Below, in pieces: positions 17,992 through 28,348 of a DNA stretch of 64,000 bases (the stretch's first letter is position 1; the number at the start of each line of letters is the position of its first letter). The position numbers were made by a program, and so were the translations under genes. The notes below the pieces were generated by a model. The model was not told where the DNA came from, did not search any database, and worked only from the letters and a program-made list of their open reading frames with translations. The stretch lies in the IMG/VR virus record IMGVR_UViG_3300043427_002668, one strand, 5' to 3'. Source of the stretch: a virus (lineage: Duplodnaviria > Caudoviricetes).

Positions 17992-18158
17992 TTGAAAACT
18001 ATTTTCGTCTTAATTTTTCGTTGATGCAGTATCATAAATACTCATTGACGGAAATTGAAAATATGATTCCTTGGGAAAGAGACATTTATGTTGAACTTCT
18101 CAAGCAACATATAGAAGAAGAAGAGTTTAAACAAAAGCAACAAAGTAATGGCTGGTAA
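17985..18158 (+). CDS. gp51: Baseplate hub assembly catalyst gp51 (possibly made as a gp26 fusion)
   Basis: Not in the ORF track; MDLENYFRLNFSLMQYHKYSLTEIENMIPWERDIYVELL; no SD before its ATG. Confidence 0.88.
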   Translation: MDLENYFRLNFSLMQYHKYSLTEIENMIPWERDIYVELLKQHIEEEEFKQKQQSNGW

Positions 18159-20586
18159 TCCTACTTTACCTACAGAGAATATAGATGAGGTAATTTTAAG
18201 ATTACTGGCCTTAGAACCTAATGAAGTTGATGAACTTGACTATGATACTTATAAATCACTCCTAAGAGAACTTTTAGTAGAAGTCACTGCATCAAAAAGA
18301 AAAATCGGTGATACTGAGTTCTCTTTTGTGAAGGATGAATTCAAAAGAGTGAGAGGAAAAAAAGGAAGATTTCGAATTAAAAAAACTAAGATAACTGCAA
18401 GTGGTCTTGGTCTTGGTGGAATACGAAAACAAGTAAAAGGCACTCAGCAACGATTGATGTTGGTTCCTGTTGGAGGAATTCCAAAACAAACTGAAGTTGT
18501 ATCTAAAGGAAAAGGATCCGATACTGATGTTTTGTCGCGCATCAGTCAAACTCTTGATTCAATATTATCAACTTTAGTTTCTATTAATAGAGAAAATAGA
18601 AATAGAATTGAAAGAGAAAGAAAAGATGCTGAGAGTAGAAAAAGATCATCAAGAGAAAAGGAATTAGAATCGAAACCAATTGAAGGTCTCAAGAAGGCAA
18701 TATCTGCAATTACAAAACCATTTCAATCTATCTGGGATAGAATAGTACAATTTATTACTAATATTATTCTTGGGAGAATTGTATTAAAATTAATTGATTG
18801 GTTTGCTAATCCAGAAAATCAAAAGAAAATCAGAAGTCTAGTTAGATTTTTTAAGGATCATTGGCCTACTTTACTGGCATTGTATTTGAGATTTGGAACT
18901 GGTATAGGTAGATTTGTTGGTAAGTTAAGTAGTATATTAATTAAAGGTGCAATAAAGTTAGGAGCAATCACTGCAAATCTTGCTGCCCGAGCAGGTCTTA
19001 AAGGTGCAGGAAGACTTGGTAGATTTCTTGGTGGTCGTGGTGGAAAACTTTTGGGTGCAGGATTAGCAATCGGCACTGATGTTGCATTGACGATGGGCGC
19101 TTCAAAAACAATTGAAGGACTTTCTAATGGTGATGTAAAAGTTCCTGGGTTTTCTGGTGGTGGGTGGAATAAAGGATTTGGTAATTTCTTTGGAAAGATG
19201 TTTAGTGGTCTTGTAAAGGGACCAAAGGGAAGAGATAAAGTTCCTGCGATGCTTACTGATGGTGAGTTTGTTGTGTCTGCTGGCGCAGTTAAAAAGTATG
19301 GTGTTGATACTTTCGAAGCAATGAATGCTGCTGGGGGAGGAACTAATGTTCCCCAAATAACAAATGGAATGACTTATGCTGAGGGTGGTGGATGGATTGG
19401 AAGAGGTGAACCTGGAGCAAGATACGATGCAAGATATGGTTCTGGTGCATATGCTAGAGAATCTGCAAGAAGAGCGGCAGCAGCAAATGCAGCACCTTTA
19501 GTTCCAAATATGCTACCACCAATAAAAACTGGTAGCAGATATCATCAGGAAAGTAAATCAAGAGTAGGTCAAGGAACAAAAACAACATCCATAAATGGAT
19601 TGAGTGTTCCAATTGGAATAAATGCATCAGGCATAACTTCTCCATTTAAACCTTCTTCTGCAAGTAGAAAAGCACAATTTACGCCAGAGCAGCAGAGAAG
19701 AATAGCACAAGATAATGCTGAACGAAATAGAATTATGCAAAGAGGTCAGCAGAGAAGATCTTCTGATGATGCAATAAGAAGAGAATGGAGCAAAGCATTC
19801 AGTGATCCTACCAATCCACTCTATCAAAAAGCAGCATTTGATGAGAATTATAATTACCAAAAGTTTAAAAAAGATTATCTTGCAAGACAATCGAAAGCAT
19901 CGGGAACAGGATACACTCCGTATCAATCAAGATTTTCTGGTTCCCGTGATTCTGCTTTTAGAAGAGCTCAAGGAATAACAGGTGCTTCAGTAAGTTCTGG
20001 AAGAACTAAATCTCAACTTATGGGTGGTGGTGGAGGATTATCAAAACCAAGTGGAATTTATAGAGGTGCTGGCGCAAAAATGGTCGGTGGATATGGTTTG
20101 AAGCAGCAATCTTTTGGTGATGCACCTTCATCTCAAATCATAAAGAATGATAAGGGGCAGAATGTAGTTGGTTATAAGGCAATGAAAGGTGGTAAATTAA
20201 CTTACGTTCAGGGTCCAAAACCTGGAACTGGAACTACAAATATTTTTGAAAGGATTGGAAGAACAATAAATCCAAATGCATATAAAGCAAGTGATGCTGC
20301 AGCAGCACAAAGAAAATATCAGCAAGCATCTGCTGGTTCAATTGCTTCTTTAAAAGCAAGAGGTGCAAGTCAAGCAACAATTGCAAGAAGACAAGCAGAA
20401 TTAAAGAAAGGAGTAAAACCGTTACCAAAGCCAAGAACAAAGGCAGATGTTATTGGACGTGGTGGAGGTGGAGGAAGAAGTAGTGGAGCAAGACCTACAT
20501 CTCCTTCCAAACCACCAAGTTTCTCACCCACTCATAAGAAGGGGACAAGAACCGCACAAGCAGCACTGGGGGTTAAGAAGAAATAA
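18148..20586 (+). CDS. Tape-measure-like / hub (gp29-like) protein 1
   Basis: 812 aa; helical, Gly/Ala-rich; GPKGRDKVPAMLTDGEFVV motif; follows gp26/gp51. Confidence 0.65.
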   Translation: MAGNPTLPTENIDEVILRLLALEPNEVDELDYDTYKSLLRELLVEVTASKRKIGDTEFSFVKDEFKRVRGKKGRFRIKKTKITASGLGLGGIRKQVKGTQQRLMLVPVGGIPKQTEVVSKGKGSDTDVLSRISQTLDSILSTLVSINRENRNRIERERKDAESRKRSSREKELESKPIEGLKKAISAITKPFQSIWDRIVQFITNIILGRIVLKLIDWFANPENQKKIRSLVRFFKDHWPTLLALYLRFGTGIGRFVGKLSSILIKGAIKLGAITANLAARAGLKGAGRLGRFLGGRGGKLLGAGLAIGTDVALTMGASKTIEGLSNGDVKVPGFSGGGWNKGFGNFFGKMFSGLVKGPKGRDKVPAMLTDGEFVVSAGAVKKYGVDTFEAMNAAGGGTNVPQITNGMTYAEGGGWIGRGEPGARYDARYGSGAYARESARRAAAANAAPLVPNMLPPIKTGSRYHQESKSRVGQGTKTTSINGLSVPIGINASGITSPFKPSSASRKAQFTPEQQRRIAQDNAERNRIMQRGQQRRSSDDAIRREWSKAFSDPTNPLYQKAAFDENYNYQKFKKDYLARQSKASGTGYTPYQSRFSGSRDSAFRRAQGITGASVSSGRTKSQLMGGGGGLSKPSGIYRGAGAKMVGGYGLKQQSFGDAPSSQIIKNDKGQNVVGYKAMKGGKLTYVQGPKPGTGTTNIFERIGRTINPNAYKASDAAAAQRKYQQASAGSIASLKARGASQATIARRQAELKKGVKPLPKPRTKADVIGRGGGGGRSSGARPTSPSKPPSFSPTHKKGTRTAQAALGVKKK

Positions 20587-23534
20587 TGGCTAACCTAGTT
20601 CCCTATAAAAAAACAAATAATGCTATTATTAAAGCAGACAAATTTTTACCAAGGATAAAGACTTCTTTTATTTCTTCTGGAAAAGATTTCACTAAACTTT
20701 CTGAAAGTCCTTTATTAAAAATTGAAAGAAAGTTTATTAAGATTGATAGTCTTTTGAAGGATTCTTTATTACTTTCTAAAAAGGAAAATGAAAAAGGTAG
20801 AGTAAAAAAAGAAGAGAAGAAATTCGAACAAAGAGAAAAGGAATTAGAAAATAAAAAAGCAAAATTACCAAGTGGTGTTAAAGTTCCTTCTTTACCTGGA
20901 GTTGGTATTTTAGGGTGGATTAGAAACTTCATCGTTCAGACTGTTTTAGGATTTCTTGCGGTAAGATTAATCGATCATCTTCCAAAACTTTTAAAAGTCT
21001 TACCTGTAATTGTTAAAGTTAGTGATTTCTTCATTGATATGGGAGGAAAACTTTTAGATGGATTAGTGACTTTTGTTGATAAGGCATATGATGTAGTAGA
21101 TAATACTCGCAAGTTTACTAAGCAACTTGGTGGTGAAGGTCTCGCACAGAACTTTGATAAGTTTGCTGGTGCATTAAGCACGATGCTAGATGTTGCTGTT
21201 ATTGCAGCATTGTCTGCTGCAAGTATGGGTGATGATTTTGGAGGTTCTGGTGGTCCTACTTCAAAAACAAAACCTGCGTTGGGATCAAAACCGAAGGTAA
21301 CAACGGGGTCTGGTGGAAAATTTAAATTCAGAATACCTGGAACTGGTCCTAAAATTACAGGTACTAAAGGTATTCTTTCCTTTGTAAGACCATTCTTAAA
21401 AAGAATACCCATACCTGTTATTGGTGCATTAATTGACTTTGGATTATCTTGGGCTCTTGGAGAAGATCCAGGTAGAGCAGCATTTAGGGCAATTGGTGCT
21501 GGTATATTAGGTTCTATTGGTACTGGATTAGCAGGAGCATTGGGTCTTGCTGGTGGTCCTTTAGCAATTGCTACTGCTGCTCTCGGGGGTCTTGCTGGTG
21601 GTGCTTTAGGCGATATGGCTGGTGGTGCTTTATATGACTTGTTCTTTGGTGGTAAGAAGACACAGAAAGGTAAAGTTGCAAAGGCAGCAGGTGGAGGGCA
21701 ACCAACAACTCGCGGAGGAAAATTAGTTGGTGGTCCTGCAAAGAGATCTGTTAAGAAAAAGAAAACTCCTAGAACACTTACTGTTACTCCTAAAAAATTA
21801 AAACCAGGATCTGCTGTTGGTGGAGAGAATAAAGTAAAACAACTTTTCCCAGAAACAAAAGATAAAACAAAGATGAGTCCTTTTGATGTTTTAAAAAATG
21901 CTTATGATGGTTTTTCTAAATCTTCTGGTCTTGGTTCTCTTATTGCTCTTGCAATTAAACCATTGATGGGAGATAGACCATCATATGCAGACTATAAGAA
22001 TGCTGGAATTGGTGTGAATAACTGGATGAATCAATCAGTTGCAACCGGAACTTATGGATATGCTGGTGGTGGTGAAGTTAAAATTGAGAGCATTGTATCT
22101 GGGGAAGATTATAGCGATGTGATTGCAAAGTCATTGCAAGATTCTGTAACTCCACAGGTTGATAAAACCATTCAAGATTTGATGAGGCAATTAAATTTAA
22201 AACAACCTACGAAAAAAGAACCAGATAAAACAGATCCAACACTAAAAGAAGAGGGTGGTGGTGGAGTTGATGGGGGAGGAATGACTGGCGGGCAGTGGGG
22301 TCCACTATTAGATCTGATTGCTGGAAAGGAATCCGGTGGAAATTATGAGGCAATGTATCCAAGCACAACTTTACCCGGAGCAACAAAAATGACAATCTCT
22401 GAAGTTGCACGGAGAGCTACTGGAGCAGTTGGAAAATATCAACAATTACCTCAATATCTTGTTAATAGAGCAAGAGCTGCGGGTCTTAATCCAGATAAAG
22501 ATCTTTATAGTCCAGAAAATCAAGAAAAAATTATTATTAATGTTAATATTAAAGGAAGGGGTGGGGAAAAGTGGTTGAAGGGAGAAATAAGTGACGAACA
22601 ATTTATGCAAGGTTTATCTCAAGAATTTGCTTCTCTTCCAAATGCAGATGGTAAATTTTATTATCCAGGTCAAAGAAGCGCAATGACTCCGGAAAAAGTT
22701 AAATCAGCACTTTCTAAAGTTAAGCGTGGTGGATATTCTCAACAAGAACTCGCAGCAGGTATGGGGCGTGGACCATCTGGTGCAACAAGAGGTAGTATTG
22801 GTGGATCAGTTGTAGAGTACATTACTGGAGATCCAAATACTCCATTTGGGAGATTCGATAGAGCGGGTCATGGAACTACAGATAATTATCATGACCACAT
22901 TGCGTTTAAAGATAGAAGCACTGCTGTCAGAGCTTACAATTTCTTTAAATCTAAGGGCATTCAAGTTACAGAATTTAAGGGTTATGGTCCTGTTGGAGGT
23001 CATGCTTCTGGATCATATCACTATTCCGGACTTGCTTTTGATATTCCCGGAGCACAATGGGGTGGATCTGGAGCAATTGGCGCAAGAGATTATGCTGGAT
23101 CGGCAAAGGTTAGAAGACTTCTAAAAGAATTTATGGGTGGAGGATCAACTCAAATTGCATCGAAGTTTCATGGTGGAATTGGATATGCGAATAAAGATGG
23201 AATGACTTTAAAACTTCATAAAGGTGAGATGTATAAAGTAGTTGATAAAGACTCTGTAGATTTATTTGGAAGAGACTTTATTGAAGATATTATTAATGTA
23301 GAAAATAAAGCACAACTAGTTGCAAAAGCACCATCAATTATTGAAAAACTTAAATTAATTTCTGGATATACTGATTATGAAAGACCAGAACCAGAGGTTG
23401 TTTATGTTCCTAGTCCAGTTGAATATCTACCACTTCCTATGGGTAGTGGAGGTTCTACCATAATTGCTGGTGGAGGTGGTGGAGATGATTATGTAAATAG
23501 TAGTATGGAACAAACACTTGCTCAAATAGGATAA
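20586..23534 (+). CDS. Tape-measure-like protein 2 with lysozyme-like and M15-like peptidase domains
   Basis: 982 aa; LIAGKESGGNY...AVGKYQ muramidase-like segment; HYSGLAFD and HDH zinc motifs. Confidence 0.7.
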   Translation: MANLVPYKKTNNAIIKADKFLPRIKTSFISSGKDFTKLSESPLLKIERKFIKIDSLLKDSLLLSKKENEKGRVKKEEKKFEQREKELENKKAKLPSGVKVPSLPGVGILGWIRNFIVQTVLGFLAVRLIDHLPKLLKVLPVIVKVSDFFIDMGGKLLDGLVTFVDKAYDVVDNTRKFTKQLGGEGLAQNFDKFAGALSTMLDVAVIAALSAASMGDDFGGSGGPTSKTKPALGSKPKVTTGSGGKFKFRIPGTGPKITGTKGILSFVRPFLKRIPIPVIGALIDFGLSWALGEDPGRAAFRAIGAGILGSIGTGLAGALGLAGGPLAIATAALGGLAGGALGDMAGGALYDLFFGGKKTQKGKVAKAAGGGQPTTRGGKLVGGPAKRSVKKKKTPRTLTVTPKKLKPGSAVGGENKVKQLFPETKDKTKMSPFDVLKNAYDGFSKSSGLGSLIALAIKPLMGDRPSYADYKNAGIGVNNWMNQSVATGTYGYAGGGEVKIESIVSGEDYSDVIAKSLQDSVTPQVDKTIQDLMRQLNLKQPTKKEPDKTDPTLKEEGGGGVDGGGMTGGQWGPLLDLIAGKESGGNYEAMYPSTTLPGATKMTISEVARRATGAVGKYQQLPQYLVNRARAAGLNPDKDLYSPENQEKIIINVNIKGRGGEKWLKGEISDEQFMQGLSQEFASLPNADGKFYYPGQRSAMTPEKVKSALSKVKRGGYSQQELAAGMGRGPSGATRGSIGGSVVEYITGDPNTPFGRFDRAGHGTTDNYHDHIAFKDRSTAVRAYNFFKSKGIQVTEFKGYGPVGGHASGSYHYSGLAFDIPGAQWGGSGAIGARDYAGSAKVRRLLKEFMGGGSTQIASKFHGGIGYANKDGMTLKLHKGEMYKVVDKDSVDLFGRDFIEDIINVENKAQLVAKAPSIIEKLKLISGYTDYERPEPEVVYVPSPVEYLPLPMGSGGSTIIAGGGGGDDYVNSSMEQTLAQIG

Positions 23535-23535
23535 T

Positions 23536-25062
23536 ATGTCTGTAAACGAAAGTAATATACCTATTTTTAAAGTATATTCAAATGCAACTGGAAAAGAACT
23601 TCCATTCAATGGTGGAGTTGCTGAGTTGCATTATTATGAAAATATATTATCTGAGACTGTAAGAATGTCGATAAGTGTTGTTGATACCGGTCAAGGAGAT
23701 CAAGGAACAACAGGATCGGAGAGTGTAAAACTCACCGGAACTGAAAAGGTTCATATTGAATTGGAAGATACTCAAAAACAAAAGATTTCTTTCACTACGA
23801 GTACAAATGAACTTCATATTACTGGAAGAGAAAGAATTACTGAAAAATTAAAAGATATTGAATTCTTAGAGTTGGTATCGAAAGAGTACCTGAAAAATGA
23901 AAGTGTGAGAGTTGATAAGAGATATGATGGAAAAATATCGGATTCTCTAACTAAAATTCTTAAAGAAGTTCTAAGCACGCAAAAGAAATTAGATATAGAA
24001 TCTACAAAAAATTCACGTTCATTTATTGGAACTTTAAAGAAACCTTTTTGGTTTATTATGTGGTTAGCAGGACAATCCATTCGTGAGGATACAAGTGCTC
24101 TTGGATTGAGTGCCGGATATTTCTTCTTTGAAACTAAATCTGGGTATAAGTTTAAATCTATTGATACTTTATTTGGACAAACACCAGTTAAAAAATATAT
24201 CTATAATAATACAGTATCTACTAAAATACCCACTGGATATGATGGAAAAATTTTAGAATATAATTTTGTTGATAGTGCTGATATGAAAGATCAGATGATG
24301 ATGGGTACATTCAATACCTCCGTAAATCTTTTTAACTCTTTTGAGAGTGCTTTTGGTTGTAATCCTTTAGATATTTCCACTCAGGAATCTGCAATTACTG
24401 CAGCTGGAACTGAGTATGGTAAGAATTTATTTAAAGATTTTATAACAAAACCTTCAAGATTTTTTACTGGTAATCAATCAATAGGTGGATATACTCCTGT
24501 AGATCAGTCTCACGAATTGGATACTGATAAAGCAAAGTATCTTTCATCTTCTACAGCAAGATACAATCAAGCGTATACTGTTAAAGTAAATATCACTATT
24601 TTTGGTGACTTTAGTTTAGAAGCGGGTCAATTAATTTATTGCGATTTTCCCGAACAATCCACTAAATCAACTAAGGAGGCAAATCCTAGGATGAGCGGTG
24701 TCTATATGATTTCTGCACTATGTCATCGTATTGATCCTATTAAACAGTGCTATACATCGTTGGAATTGATTCGTGATTCTTATGGTAGAAAACCAATGGC
24801 AGCTTCTGCCACTGCAGCAGGAAATCAAAAATCATCAGTACAAAAAGCGTCTGATGGAGCATCTGCAAATAATAAGGGTGTTACTGATGAAGATATTGCA
24901 AGCGAATTAAACAACGAAAATCAACTTATGTCTCAGCAAGAACAGGCAATAGCAGAAACTCCTCCAGATGGAACTAAATATGATGATGAAGGATATCCTG
25001 CAGATGCTGGTAGTGAATTTGAATATAATCCAGTTACAGGAAGACTTGATCCTAAAGATTAG
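23536..25062 (+). CDS. Baseplate hub protein (gp27-like)
   Basis: YYENILS, YFFFETKSGYKFKSID, ITIFGDFSLEAG, SGVYMISALCH pattern; position before gp5. Confidence 0.65.
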   Translation: MSVNESNIPIFKVYSNATGKELPFNGGVAELHYYENILSETVRMSISVVDTGQGDQGTTGSESVKLTGTEKVHIELEDTQKQKISFTTSTNELHITGRERITEKLKDIEFLELVSKEYLKNESVRVDKRYDGKISDSLTKILKEVLSTQKKLDIESTKNSRSFIGTLKKPFWFIMWLAGQSIREDTSALGLSAGYFFFETKSGYKFKSIDTLFGQTPVKKYIYNNTVSTKIPTGYDGKILEYNFVDSADMKDQMMMGTFNTSVNLFNSFESAFGCNPLDISTQESAITAAGTEYGKNLFKDFITKPSRFFTGNQSIGGYTPVDQSHELDTDKAKYLSSSTARYNQAYTVKVNITIFGDFSLEAGQLIYCDFPEQSTKSTKEANPRMSGVYMISALCHRIDPIKQCYTSLELIRDSYGRKPMAASATAAGNQKSSVQKASDGASANNKGVTDEDIASELNNENQLMSQQEQAIAETPPDGTKYDDEGYPADAGSEFEYNPVTGRLDPKD

Positions 25063-25096
25063 TAATAAATAATAAAAACTATTTTAGTGTGTTCAT

Positions 25097-25312
25097 ATGG
25101 ACAGAACACTTCAACAACATATTAACGATGATAGAGATGAACTGGATAACCCAAATACCAGTGGTCAACGTCGTCGTCACTTAGAAGATGAACTTGATGC
25201 TTTAGAACAGTATCAAGTTAATCATCCAGACGAAAATCACGATCCAACTTCTTTGGAATTATATTGTGACACTCATCCCGATGCTCTTGAATGTAGAGTT
25301 TATGAAGATTAA
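25097..25312 (+). CDS. cp12: Phage CP12 Calvin-cycle inhibitor
   Basis: C-terminal YCDTHPDALECRVYED; preceded by AATAAATA (25064-25071). Confidence 0.93.
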   Translation: MDRTLQQHINDDRDELDNPNTSGQRRRHLEDELDALEQYQVNHPDENHDPTSLELYCDTHPDALECRVYED

Positions 25313-25314
25313 TT

Positions 25315-27186
25315 ATGTCTGATGTAACTACAGGATCTGCTTTTAATCCTCAATTCTTTATGAATCCTCCTTGGTGGATTGGAAGAGTTGAGGATAAAGA
25401 AGTATGGAAAGATAATATTAAAGGTGAAACTTTTAATAGTGTAGCAGAAATAAAGGGTTGGGGTCAAAGATATAAAGTAAGAGTTTTTAATTGGCACACT
25501 GGGGATGTAAATAAACTTCAACCAGATCAAGTTGCATTTTGTCAGGTTTTGATGCCGGTAACTGCTGGTTCCGGGCATGGTGGAGCATCAATTACTCCTG
25601 CTATCGAATCTGGATCCGTGGTATTCGGGTTCTTTATGGATGGAATGGCAGGACAGGAAGGATATATTGTAGGACTTCTTGGAAACTCTAACAATAATGT
25701 CCCCAAAGAAAGAGCAGAACCTGCACCAAATCAACCAACAACAACTGTTCCTCCAACATCAACAACCGGAGGAAAACCAACACCAACTGTAGTCAATCCA
25801 CCTACACCACCAACAGGTCCTGGTAGTTTAGCAACTAAACCAGTACCCGACAATGTAGACCAACTGAGTACAGACCAATTAAAAAAACTTTTAGATCCAT
25901 CTAAGACTCCATCTTCTGCAGTTTTTAAAGCAGCATCGGAGGCAAGGCAAAAAGCAAAAGCAGCAGGACTCCCTACAAATGAAGTTGAAAGACTGGTTCT
26001 TGCAGCAACAGTAAAAGCATCAAGACAACCAGGTGCTGATGCTGGTGGAAGTGCAAATTGCAATAAAGGATATCAACAGTTTAATAATACCTATACTGAT
26101 GGGAGTCCTCAAACTGCAGCAAAAGTTCCTGACGATAGAATCATTGGAGGAACTCCTTTATCAACTATCGAAGCACTTCATATTGGGGTTAAGTCACAAG
26201 ACCAGCACGATAAGTCCAGTAAAATAAAAATTCCTTTACTTGATGTCACTAAAAAGAATAATAGTGATATGAAAGGAATTCAACGTACTATGAAAAATTT
26301 AATTAATAGTGTAGAAGAACTTAAAAAGACTTACAATCAAGTCTCTGCTTTTGCATCTGATGTAACTGAATTTTCTAGTCAAATTCAAAATGAAATTAGT
26401 GGAGCTGTTACAGAACTTTCTGGATTTACTAAAAATATAATGGGAGGTATTCGTGCCTATACACTAACCAAACTTTCTGATGCTACTAAAAAAGTAACAC
26501 CCAATCTTTTCCCATCAGAAATACCTAGGTTCTATAGAAAAGTGGAAAAAGGGATAAAATCTTTAAATTGTGCTTTTAATAAAATTACTTCTAATATGCC
26601 TAATTTATTGAATTCTATTATTAAAGATACTTTAGATAATATGATTAATACTCCTTTGTGTGCTATTGAAAGTATGGTTTCTAATATTTTAGATAATGTT
26701 CTGAATGAAGTTACTGGAATTATGGATGATGTTTTTTCAACATTTAATTCTACACTTGGATCTATTGCTGGTACTTTAGGCGCGGCAGGTGGCGCAATCA
26801 ATCAAGCAGGGGGTGTTCTGGGTTCTGTCAGTGGGGCTTTAGATTCTATTGGTGGTATTGGTGGAAATATGTTTAATTCTCTGGAATATGTAAATGGAAT
26901 TAAGCAATTCTTTGCTTGCGATGATATAGAAAGTCCAGTAAAATATAATGAATTGGCTTACGGATATCCTGCTCTTCCTGGTGGAGATGCTTCACCAGTT
27001 CCAGGTGCCGCAAATGAATCTCCTACAGGTAAGGGTGCAGTTGCTTCTCAAGCACCTTCTGGAAATATTGTAAATAGTAGAAGCACCACTGTTACTCCAA
27101 CTGCTCCAACTGCCCCAAAGATAAGAGAACAGATACAAAGTCCGGAGGATGATAACAGTGGAACATCGACATTTACTTTATTCTAA
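25315..27186 (+). CDS. gp5: gp5-like baseplate hub/spike protein (OB-fold N-terminus)
   Basis: WWIGRVED, RYKVRV..WHT, VLMPVTAGSG, VVFGFFMDG; no recognisable lysozyme domain. Confidence 0.8.
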   Translation: MSDVTTGSAFNPQFFMNPPWWIGRVEDKEVWKDNIKGETFNSVAEIKGWGQRYKVRVFNWHTGDVNKLQPDQVAFCQVLMPVTAGSGHGGASITPAIESGSVVFGFFMDGMAGQEGYIVGLLGNSNNNVPKERAEPAPNQPTTTVPPTSTTGGKPTPTVVNPPTPPTGPGSLATKPVPDNVDQLSTDQLKKLLDPSKTPSSAVFKAASEARQKAKAAGLPTNEVERLVLAATVKASRQPGADAGGSANCNKGYQQFNNTYTDGSPQTAAKVPDDRIIGGTPLSTIEALHIGVKSQDQHDKSSKIKIPLLDVTKKNNSDMKGIQRTMKNLINSVEELKKTYNQVSAFASDVTEFSSQIQNEISGAVTELSGFTKNIMGGIRAYTLTKLSDATKKVTPNLFPSEIPRFYRKVEKGIKSLNCAFNKITSNMPNLLNSIIKDTLDNMINTPLCAIESMVSNILDNVLNEVTGIMDDVFSTFNSTLGSIAGTLGAAGGAINQAGGVLGSVSGALDSIGGIGGNMFNSLEYVNGIKQFFACDDIESPVKYNELAYGYPALPGGDASPVPGAANESPTGKGAVASQAPSGNIVNSRSTTVTPTAPTAPKIREQIQSPEDDNSGTSTFTLF

Positions 27187-27188
27187 TT

Positions 27189-28343
27189 ATGTTTTCTAGA
27201 AATATTCCTCAAGATACTGCTATTAAGGTTGCTTTCTTTGATGATGATGGGAAGAAAGTAGGTGGATTAACTGTCGAAGAAGCTAATAGAGTTCATCAGA
27301 TAGATCCTACAAAACTATTTTACTTTCAAAATGGTGATGGAACTGAAGAAGAACTTACAATAGTAGAAGTCAATCAATTAACTCCAGAAAAAGATTTACT
27401 TCCAACAACTTCTGATTGTCCTACACAACCTCAAGTTTGTGGGCCACCATTGGTTAAGTTTTTTGGGGGTGGGGCTGGATTTGGTGCTGCTGCGAATGCT
27501 GTGATTAGTCCAATCTCATCTTCTGTAATTGGATTTGATATTGTAAATCCGGGAAAGGGATTTGAATCACCTCCAAATGCAGAGTTAATTGATAACTGTG
27601 GTAAAGGTGCTGGAGGAAATCTTACTGTAAATATGAATTCCGATGGTAAGTCGGTTAAAAATATAACTATCAATGCACCTGGTGATGGATATCTTGCTGC
27701 TCCTGATGGCAGTCTAGGTGGAAATGAGAGAGTATGGAAAGAACCTGATGAGGGTTATGTCAGAACTCCAATTAGTGGATATCACGTCGTTCAACCTTTA
27801 AGGCCTATAGGAGTAAAATCGGGAAGTACTTATTATCCACCAAATGGTTCACCGAGAGTTCTGGAACGAGATGAGGTCATTACCTTACCATTAGTTCCAG
27901 TAAAACCAAAAGATCCTACATCATTTGGAACACCATATTCGGTTATTCTTTGCATTGAAGAGATAAAGGTTTTAGATCAAGGATTTGGTTATAGACCTGG
28001 AGATGAACTAATTATCACTCCTGATAATGGAACTAAAACCGAATTAGTAATCAATGAGTTTGGGAGTATTACCTCAGTAAAAATTATTCAAGGTGGATGT
28101 GGATATGATGATTTGCCTGAAATTAGAACAAATTCTCCTACAGGATTTAATGCTACATTTAGTCCAATCTTTAAGGTTACACGAATTGATCCAACTAAGC
28201 CAATAGAATCTCAGGTTTCTCCCGTTACACCTTCTACAACAGTGGAACAAATAAGTGTTGTTCCTCAAGAAGTTCGTTTAGTGACAGTTATTGATTGTGT
28301 AGGTAAAATTCCACAAACAAGTACTTTTAATGTGCCGAGGTAA
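27189..28343 (+). CDS. Baseplate-region structural protein with GxGY repeats
   Basis: Recurrent PGKGF, PGDGY, QGFGY, GGCGY motifs. Confidence 0.7.
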   Translation: MFSRNIPQDTAIKVAFFDDDGKKVGGLTVEEANRVHQIDPTKLFYFQNGDGTEEELTIVEVNQLTPEKDLLPTTSDCPTQPQVCGPPLVKFFGGGAGFGAAANAVISPISSSVIGFDIVNPGKGFESPPNAELIDNCGKGAGGNLTVNMNSDGKSVKNITINAPGDGYLAAPDGSLGGNERVWKEPDEGYVRTPISGYHVVQPLRPIGVKSGSTYYPPNGSPRVLERDEVITLPLVPVKPKDPTSFGTPYSVILCIEEIKVLDQGFGYRPGDELIITPDNGTKTELVINEFGSITSVKIIQGGCGYDDLPEIRTNSPTGFNATFSPIFKVTRIDPTKPIESQVSPVTPSTTVEQISVVPQEVRLVTVIDCVGKIPQTSTFNVPR

Positions 28344-28348
28344 TTAAA

